Shown piece by piece: positions 55,501-64,000 of a DNA stretch of 64,000 bases. This stretch comes from Macrostomum hystrix (taxonomy: Eukaryota; Animalia; Platyhelminthes), in contig CATNEN010000041.1 in the NCBI GenBank assembly GCA_950097015.1, positions 2,728,001-2,792,000 on the forward strand, given 5' to 3'. A model generated the notes under the pieces. That model searched no databases and was not told the origin of the DNA. It saw nothing but the letters and a program-made list of their open reading frames with translations. Every line of letters starts with the position of its first letter. Position 1 is the stretch's first letter. A program made the position numbers and the translations under genes.

Positions 55501-57600
55501 AGCCAGCTGTTATACTCAGAATGCATTCAGGCAGCTGTTTTCCTCAGAATGCATTCAGCCAGCTGTTATCCTCAGAATACATTCAGCCAGCTGTTATACT
55601 CAGAATACATTCAGCCAGCTGTTATACTCAGAATGCATTCAGGCAGCTGTTATACTCAGAATGCATTCAGCCAGCTGTTATCCTCAGAATACATTCAGCC
55701 AGCTGTTATTCTCAGAATGCATTCAGCCAGCTGATTATCATCAGAATACATTCAGCCAGCTGTTATCCTCAGAATACATTCAGCCAGCTGTTATACTCAG
55801 AATGCATTCAGCCAGCTGTTATACTCAGAATGCATTCAGCCAGCTGTTATCCTCAGAATACATTCAGCCAGCTGTTATACTCAGAATGCATTCAGCCAGC
55901 TGTTTTCCTCAGAATACATTCAGCCAGCTGTTATTCTCAGAATACATTCAGCCAGCTGTTATACTCAGAATGCATTCAGCCAGCTGTTATACTCAGAATG
56001 CATTCAGGCAGCTGTTTTCCTCAGAATGCATTCAGCCAGCTGTTATCCTCAGAATACTTTCAGCCAGCTGTTATACTCAGAATACATTCAGCCAGCTGTT
56101 ATACTCAGAATACATTCAGCCAGCTGTTATACTCAGAATGCATTCAGCCAGCTGTTATACTCAGAATGCATTCAGCCAGCTGTTATACTCAGAATGCATT
56201 CAGCCAGCTGTTATACTCAGAATACATTCAGCCAGCTGTTATACTCAGAATGCATTCAGCCAGCTGTTTTCCTCAGAATACATTCAGCCAGCTGTTATAC
56301 TCAGAATGCATTCAGCCAGCTGTTATTCTCAGAATACATTCAGCCAGCTGTTATACTCAGAATGCATTCAGCCAGCTGTTATCCTCAGAATACATTCAGC
56401 CAGCTGTTATCATCAGAATACATTCAGCCAGCTGTTATCCTCAGAATGCATTCAGCTAGCTGTAATACTCAGAATGCATTCAGCCAGCTGTTATCACCAG
56501 AATGCATTCAGCCAGCTGTTATACTCAGAATGCATTCAGCCAGCTGTTATACTCAGAATGCATTCAGCCAGCTGTTATACTCAGAATGCATTCAGCCAGC
56601 TGTTATCATCAGAATGCATTCAGCCAGCTGTTATCCTCAGAATACATTCAGCCAGCTGTTATCCTCAGAATACATTCAGCCAGCTGTTATTCTCAGAATG
56701 CATTCAGCCAGCTGTTATACTCAGAATGCATTCAGGCAGCTGTTATCACCAGAATGCATTCAGCCAGCTGTTATCACCAGAATGCATTCAGCCAGCTGTT
56801 ATTCTCAGAATGCATTCAGCCAGCTGTTATTCTCAGAATACATTCAGCCAGCTGTTATACTCAGAATGCATTCAGGCAGCTGTTATCACCAGAATGCATT
56901 CAGCCAGCTGTTATTCTCAGAATACATTCAGCCAGCTGTTATTCTCAGAATGCATTCAGCCAGCTGATTATCATCAGAATACATTCAGCCAGCTGTTATA
57001 CTCAGAATACATTCAGCCAGCTGTTATACTCAGAATGCATTCAGCCAGCTGTTATACTCAGAATGCATTCAGCCAGCTGTTATCCTCAGAATACATTCAG
57101 CCAGCTGTTATTCTCAGAATGCATTCAGCCAGCTGATTATCATCAGAATACATTCAGCCAGCTGTTATCCTCAGAATACATTCAGCCAGCTGTTATACTC
57201 AGAATGCATTCAGCCAGCTGTTATACTCAGAATGCATTCAGCCAGCTGTTATCCTCAGAATACATTCAGCCAGCTGTTATACTCAGAATGCATTCAGCCA
57301 GCTGTTTTCCTCAGAAAACATTCAGCCAGCTGTTATTCTCAGAATACATTCAGCCAGCTGTTATACTCAGAATGCATTCAGCCAGCTGTTATACTCAGAA
57401 TGCATTCAGGCAGCTGTTTTCCTCAGAATGCATTCAGCCAGCTGTTATCCTCAGAATACTTTCAGCCAGCTGTTATACTCAGAATACATTCAGCCAGCTG
57501 TTATACTCAGAATACATTCAGCCAGCTGTTATACTCAGAATGCATTCAGCCAGCTGTTATACTCAGAATGCATTCAGCCAGCTGTTATACTCAGAATGCA
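46580..57600 (+). repeat. Distant copy (about 11 kb) of about 4740-16300, offset stepping 41840 -> 41812 -> 41811 -> 41727 -> 41279
   Basis: Paired ORFs 6141..8591/47953..50403, 6869..9547/48681..51359, 9812..10441/51624..52253, 10484..10978/52296..52790 and 10905..11147/52717..52959. Shared rare markers: CAGCCTGCTG (about 5534/47374), the doubled CAGGC-TTATCAC monomer (about 10852/52664) and GAAAAC (9897/51709). The offset steps are whole-monomer losses (28, 84 and 448 bp) plus one 1-bp step. Confidence 0.9.
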
Positions 57601-58350
57601 TTCAGCCAGCTGTTATACTCAGAATACATTCAGCCAGCTGTTATACTCAGAATGCATTCAGCCAGCTGTTTTCCTCAGAATACATTCAGCCAGCTGTTAT
57701 ACTCAGAATGCATTCAGCCAGCTGTTATTCTCAGAATACATTCAGACAGCTGTTATACTCAGAATGCATTCAGCCAGCTGTTATCCTCAGAATACATTCA
57801 GCCAGCTGTTATCATCAGAATACATTCAGCCAGCTGTTATCCTCAGAATGCATTCAGCTAGCTGTAATACTCAGAATGCATTCAGCCAGCTGTTATCACC
57901 AGAATACTTTCAGCCAGCTGTTATACTCAGAATACATTCAGCCAGCTGTTATACTCAGAATGCATTCAGCCAGCTGTTATACTCAGAATGCATTCAGCCA
58001 GCTGTTATACTCAGAATGCATTCAGCCAGCTGTTATACTCAGAATGCATTCAGCCAGCTGTTATACTCAGAATACATTCAGCCAGCTGTTATACTCAGAA
58101 TGCATTCAGCCAGCTGTTTTCCTCAGAATACATTCAGCCAGCTGTTATACTCAGAATGCATTCAGCCAGCTGTTATTCTCAGAATACATTCAGCCAGCTG
58201 TTATACTCAGAATGCATTCAGCCAGCTGTTATCCTCAGAATACATTCAGCCAGCTGTTATCATCAGAATACATTCAGCCAGCTGTTATCCTCAGAATGCA
58301 TTCAGCTAGCTGTAATACTCAGAATGCATTCAGCCAGCTGTTATCACCAG
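57459..58350 (+). repeat. Local tandem duplication of 448 bp (16 monomers)
   Basis: The CTTTCAG marker lies at 57459 and 57907, and the CTAG/TAA stops end at 57861 and 58309. Both pairs are +448. Confidence 0.85.
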
Positions 58351-61300
58351 AATGCATTCAGCCAGCTGTTATACTCAGAATGCATTCAGCCAGCTGTTAT
58401 CCTCAGAATACATTCAGCCAGCTGTTATCCTCAGAATACATTCAGCCAGCTGTTATACTCAGAATGCATTCAGCCAGCTGTTATACTCAGAATGCATTCA
58501 GCCAGCTGTTATCCTCAGAATACATTCAGCCAGCTGTTATACTCAGAATGCATTCAGCCAGCTGTTTTCCTCAGAATACATTCAGCCAGCTGTTATTCTC
58601 AGAATACATTCAGCCAGCTGTTATACTCAGAATGCATTCAGCCAGCTGTTATACTCAGAATGCATTCAGGCAGCTGTTTTCCTCAGAATGCATTCAGCCA
58701 GCTGTTATCCTCAGAATACTTTCAGCCAGCTGTTATACTCAGAATACATTCAGCCAGCTGTTATACTCAGAATACATTCAGCCAGCTGTTATACTCAGAA
58801 TGCATTCAGCCAGCTGTTATACTCAGAATGCATTCAGGCAGCTGTTTTCCTCAGAATGCATTCAGCCAGCTGTTATACTCAGAATACATTCAGCCAGCTG
58901 TTATACTCAGAATACATTCAGCCAGCTGTTATACTCAGAATGCATTCAGCCAGCTGTTATACTCAGAATGCATTCAGCCAGCTGTTATACTCAGAATGCA
59001 TTCAGCCAGCTGTTATACTCAGAATACATTCAGCCAGCTGTTATACTCAGAATGCATTCAGCCAGCTGTTATACTCAGAATGCATTCAGCCAGCTGTTAT
59101 ACTCAGAATGCATTCAGCCAGCTGTTATCCTCAGAATACTTTCAGCCAGCTGTTATCATCAGAATACATTCAGCCAGCTGTTATTCTCAGAATACATTCA
59201 GCCAGCTGTTATACTCAGAATGCATTCAGCCAGCTGTTTTCCTCAGAATACATTCAGCCAGCTGTTATTCTCAGAATACATTCAGCCAGCTGTTATACTC
59301 AGAATACATTCAGCCAGCTGTTATACTCAGAATGCATTCAGCCAGCTGTTATCCTCAGAATGCATTCAGCCAGCTGTTATACTCAGAATGCATTCAGCCA
59401 GCTGTTATCACCAGAATGCATTCAGCCAGCTGTTATCACCAGAATGCATTCAGCCAGCTGTTATTCTCAGAATGCATTCAGCCAGCTGTTATTCTCAGAA
59501 TACATTCAGCCAGCTGTTATACTCAGAATGCGTTCAGGCAGCTGTTATCACCAGAATGCATTCAGCCAGCTGTTATTCTCAGAATACATTCAGCCAGCTG
59601 TTATTCTCAGAATGCATTCAGCCAGCTGATTATCATCAGAATACATTCAGCCAGCTGTTATACTCAGAATACATTCAGCCAGCTGTTATACTCAGAATGC
59701 ATTCAGCCAGCTGTTATACTCAGAATGCATTCAGCCAGCTGTTATCCTCAGAATACATTCAGCCAGCTGTTATTCTCAGAATGCATTCAGCCAGCTGATT
59801 ATCATCAGAATACATTCAGCCAGCTGTTATCCTCAGAATACATTCAGCCAGCTGTTATACTCAGAATGCATTCAGCCAGCTGTTATACTCAGAATGCATT
59901 CAGCCAGCTGTTATCCTCAGAATACATTCAGCCAGCTGTTATACTCAGAATGCATTCAGCCAGCTGTTTTCCTCAGAATACATTCAGCCAGCTGTTATTC
60001 TCAGAATACATTCAGCCAGCTGTTATACTCAGAATGCATTCAGCCAGCTGTTATACTCAGAATGCATTCAGGCAGCTGTTTTCCTCAGAATGCATTCAGC
60101 CAGCTGTTATCCTCAGAATACTTTCAGCCAGCTGTTATACTCAGAATACATTCAGCCAGCTGTTATACTCAGAATACATTCAGCCAGCTGTTATACTCAG
60201 AATGCATTCAGCCAGCTGTTATACTCAGAATGCATTCAGCCAGCTGTTATACTCAGAATGCATTCAGCCAGCTGTTATACTCAGAATACATTCAGCCAGC
60301 TGTTATACTCAGAATGCATTCAGCCAGCTGTTTTCCTCAGAATACATTCAGCCAGCTGTTATACTCAGAATGCATTCAGCCAGCTGTTATTCTCAGAATA
60401 CATTCAGCCAGCTGTTATACTCAGAATGCATTCAGCCAGCTGTTATCCTCAGAATACATTCAGCCAGCTGTTATCATCAGAATACATTCAGCCAGCTGTT
60501 ATCCTCAGAATGCATTCAGCTAGCTGTAATACTCAGAATGCATTCAGCCAGCTGTTATCACCAGAATGCATTCAGCCAGCTGTTATACTCAGAATGCATT
60601 CAGCCAGCTGTTATACTCAGAATGCATTCAGCCAGCTGTTATCCTCAGAATACATTCAGCCAGCTGTTATCCTCAGAATGCATTCAGCCAGCTGTTATAC
60701 TCAGAATGCATTCAGCCAGCTGTTATACTCAGAATGCATTCAGCCAGCTGTTATACTCAGAATGCATTCAGCCAGCTGTTATACTCAGAATGCATTCAGC
60801 CAGCTGTTATCCTCAGAATACATTCAGCCAGCTGTTATTCTCAGAATACATTCAGCCAGCTGTTATACTCAGAATGCATTCAGGCAGCTGTTTTCCTCAG
60901 AATACATTCAGCCAGCTGTTATTCTCAGAATACATTCAGCCAGCTGTTATACTCAGAATGCATTCAGGCAGCTGTTTTCCTCAGAATGCATTCAGCCAGC
61001 TGTTATCCTCAGAATACATTCAGCCAGCTGTTATACTCAGAATACATTCAGCCAGCTGTTATACTCAGAATGCATTCAGCCAGCTGTTATACTCAGAATG
61101 CATTCAGCCAGCTGTTATCCTCAGAATACATTCAGCCAGCTGTTATTCTCTGAATGCATTCAGCCAGCTGATTATCATCAGAATACATTCAGCCAGCTGT
61201 TATCCTCAGAATACATTCAGCCAGCTGTTATACTCAGAATGCATTCAGCCAGCTGTTATACTCAGAATGCATTCAGCCAGCTGTTATCCTCAGAATACAT

Positions 61301-61979
61301 TCAGCCAGCTGTTATACTCAGAATGCATTCAGCCAGCTGTTTTCCTCAGAATACATTCAGCCAGCTGTTATTCTCAGAATACATTCAGCCAGCTGTTATA
61401 CTCAGAATGCATTCAGCCAGCTGCTATACTCAGAATGCATTCAGGCAGCTGTTTTCCTCAGAATGCATTCAGCCAGCTGTTATCCTCAGAATACTTTCAG
61501 CCAGCTGTTATACTCAGAATACATTCAGCCAGCTGTTATACTCAGAATACATTCAGCCAGCTGTTATACTCAGAATGCATTCAGCCAGCTGTTATACTCA
61601 GAATGCATTCAGCCAGCTGTTATACTCAGAATGCATTCAGCCAGCTGTTATACTCAGAATACATTCAGCCAGCTGTTATACTCAGAATACATTCAGCCAG
61701 CTGTTATACTCAGAATACATTCAGCCAGCTGTTATACTCAGAATGCATTCAGCCAGCTGTTATCCTCAGAATACATTCAGCCAGCTGTTATTCTCAGAAT
61801 ACATTCAGCCAGCTGTTATACTCAGAATGCATTCAGGCAGCTGTTTTCCTCAGAATACATTCAGCCAGCTGTTATTCTCAGAATACATTCAGCCAGCTGT
61901 TATACTCAGAATGCATTCAGGCAGCTGTTTTCCTCAGAATGCATTCAGCCAGCTGTTATCCTCAGAATACATTCAGCCA

Positions 61980-64000
61980 GCTGTTATCCTCAGAATGCAT
62001 TCAGCTAGCTGTAATACTCAGAATGCATTCAGCCAGCTGTTATCACCAGAATGCATTCAGCCAGCTGTTATACTCAGAATGCATTCAGCCAGCTGTTATA
62101 CTCAGAATGCATTCAGCCAGCTGTTATCCTCAGAATACATTCAGCCAGCTGTTATTCTCAGAATGCATTCAGCCAGCTGATTATCATCAGAATACATTCA
62201 GCCAGCTGTTATCCTCAGAATACATTCAGCCAGCTGTTATACTCAGAATGCATTCAGCCAGCTGTTATACTCAGAATGCATTCAGCCAGCTGTTATCCTC
62301 AGAATACATTCAGCCAGCTGTTATACTCAGAATGCATTCAGCCAGCTGTTTTCCTCAGAATACATTCAGCCAGCTGTTATTCTCAGAATACATTCAGCCA
62401 GCTGTTATACTCAGAATGCATTCAGCCAGCTGTTATACTCAGAATGCATTCAGCCAGCTGTTATACTCAGAATGCATTCAGCCAGCTGTTATACTCAGAA
62501 TGCATTCAGCCAGCTGTTATCCTCAGAATACTTTCAGCCAGCTGTTATCATCAGAATACATTCAGCCAGCTGTTATTCTCAGAATACATTCAGCCAGCTG
62601 TTATACTCAGAATGCATTCAGCCAGCTGTTTTCCTCAGAATACATTCAGCCAGCTGTTATTCTCAGAATACATTCAGCCAGCTGTTATACTCAGAATACA
62701 TTCAGCCAGCTGTTATACTCAGAATGCATTCAGCCAGCTGTTATCCTCAGAATGCATTCAGCCAGCTGTTATACTCAGAATGCATTCAGCCAGCTGTTAT
62801 CACCAGAATGCATTCAGCCAGCTGTTATCACCAGAATGCATTCAGCCAGCTGTTATTCTCAGAATGCATTCAGCCAGCTGTTATTCTCAGAATACATTCA
62901 GCCAGCTGTTATACTCAGAATGCATTCAGGCAGCTGTTATCACCAGAATGCATTCAGCCAGCTGTTATTCTCAGAATACATTCAGCCAGCTGTTATTCTC
63001 AGAATGCATTCAGCCAGCTGATTATCATCAGAATACATTCAGCCAGCTGTTATACTCAGAATACATTCAGCCAGCTGTTATACTCAGAATGCATTCAGCC
63101 AGCTGTTATACTCAGAATGCATTCAGCCAGCTGTTATCCTCAGAATACATTCAGCCAGCTGTTATTCTCAGAATGCATTCAGCCAGCTGATTATCATCAG
63201 AATACATTCAGCCAGCTGTTATCCTCAGAATACATTCAGCCAGCTGTTATACTCAGAATGCATTCAGCCAGCTGTTATACTCAGAATGCATTCAGCCAGC
63301 TGTTATCCTCAGAATACATTCAGCCAGCTGTTATACTCAGAATGCATTCAGCCAGCTGTTTTCCTCAGAATACATTCAGCCAGCTGTTATTCTCAGAATA
63401 CATTCAGCCAGCTGTTATACTCAGAATGCATTCAGCCAGCTGTTATACTCAGAATGCATTCAGGCAGCTGTTTTCCTCAGAATGCATTCAGCCAGCTGTT
63501 ATCCTCAGAATACTTTCAGCCAGCTGTTATACTCAGAATACATTCAGCCAGCTGTTATACTCAGAATACATTCAGCCAGCTGTTATACTCAGAATGCATT
63601 CAGCCAGCTGTTATCCTCAGAATACTTTCAGCCAGCTGTTATCATCAGAATACATTCAGCCAGCTGTTATTCTCAGAATACATTCAGCCAGCTGTTATAC
63701 TCAGAATGCATTCAGCCAGCTGTTTTCCTCAGAATACATTCAGCCAGCTGTTATTCTCAGAATACATTCAGCCAGCTGTTATACTCAGAATACATTCAGC
63801 CAGCTGTTATACTCAGAATGCATTCAGCCAGCTGTTATCCTCAGAATGCATTCAGCCAGCTGTTATACTCAGAATGCATTCAGCCAGCTGTTATCACCAG
63901 AATGCATTCAGCCAGCTGTTATCACCAGAATGCATTCAGCCAGCTGTTATTCTCAGAATACATTCAGCCAGCTGTTATTCTCAGAATACATTCAGCCAGC
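61980..64000 (+). repeat. Distant copy of about 25843-28030 (offset 36137, then 35969 after a 6-monomer gap)
   Basis: 25871->62008, 26043->62180, 26884->63021 and 27053->63190. ORFs 25914..27053 and 62051..63190 are both 379 aa. CTTTCAG maps 27656->63625. Confidence 0.87.

Larger units (their letters stand above)
1..64000 (+). repeat. 28-bp tandem satellite array, consensus CATTCAGCCAGCTGTTATACTCAGAATG, about 2,280 head-to-tail copies filling the window
   Basis: The monomer is read directly at 1-28, 57-84 and 197-224 and recurs without interruption to the last base. Both ends of the window lie inside the array. I saw no inverted copies and no unique inserts. Confidence 0.99.

Noticed and set aside
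7050-59540. Singleton substitutions (e.g. TTATGCT about 7058, CAGCTTTTA about 7556, CAATC about 10938, CAGATG about 23938, CATAATG about 27034, ACACAG about 40597, CAGGTG about 43309, CAGAC about 57746)
   Set aside because: They are isolated changes that could be new mutations or sequencing errors. I saw no pattern beyond their use as unique mapping anchors.
57988-63021. C2H2 zinc-finger array (28-aa period with words such as AFSQ, SEC and LRIH)
   Set aside because: There is no C-x2-4-C, no H-x3-5-H and no TGEKP linker. The words occur in the wrong order and are three frames of the same 28 bp. True zinc-finger repeats have an 84-bp DNA period without a 28-bp sub-period.
26-63190. All ORFs in the track (69-1677 aa) as protein-coding genes
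   Set aside because: They overlap in all three frames, all give the same 28-aa repeat, and come from a stop-free 28-bp monomer. The DNA period is 28 nt rather than a multiple of 3, so there is no sign of codon-level constraint.
1-64000. CRISPR array (partly palindromic constant region plus variable segment)
   Set aside because: The variable segment is only 7 nt, drawn from about six reused words. There are no unique spacers of typical length, no leader and no cas genes.
1-64000. Telomerase-type telomeric repeat
   Set aside because: There is no G-rich strand and no array end in the window. Exact multi-kilobase higher-order copies point to recombination-based amplification. A subtelomeric location cannot be excluded.
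1-64000. tRNA, rRNA, transposon, promoter or terminator features
   Set aside because: I found no non-repeat sequence. There are no terminal repeats, target-site duplications, poly(A) tails or U-tailed GC stems, and the dyads are short and intrinsic to the monomer.
1-64000. Assignment to a named satellite family or organism
   Set aside because: I do not recognise the monomer and cannot run a database search. The CATTC core resembles human HSat2/3 only over 5 bases.

Overview
The whole 64 kb window is one uninterrupted head-to-tail tandem array (satellite or large minisatellite) of a 28-bp monomer, consensus CATTCAGCCAGCTGTTATACTCAGAATG. There are roughly 2,280 copies (estimated from length), about 39-43% GC, all in one orientation. 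I saw no unique sequence, gene, RNA gene, transposon or CRISPR spacer. All ORFs in the supplied track are by-products of the monomer: it has no stop codon in any + frame, and 28 mod 3 = 1, so every ORF gives the same 28-aa repeat. The information is in a small set of monomer variants. These are a 7-nt variable word (TTATACT, TTATCCT, TTATTCT, TTATCAT, TTATCAC, TTTTCCT), a G/A switch at position 28, a 29-bp +A monomer, and rarer markers. They define nested higher-order repeats and duplications at about 169 bp, 982/1010 bp, 1093 bp, 1.6 kb, 1765 bp, 3.3-3.4 kb, 6.1 kb and 36-42 kb. Three points deserve follow-up: (1) several recurrent variants turn imperfect palindromes into perfect ones, which suggests template-switch mutagenesis; (2) clusters of monomers carrying both alleles of a variable site look like assembly or polishing artefacts; (3) some crossover breakpoints can be mapped to a few bases. 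The source organism cannot be identified from the sequence, and I do not recognise this as a named satellite family. I found no evidence of a protein-coding system. Coordinates and offsets were read by eye and from repeated ORF boundaries, so block edges are approximate to about one monomer.
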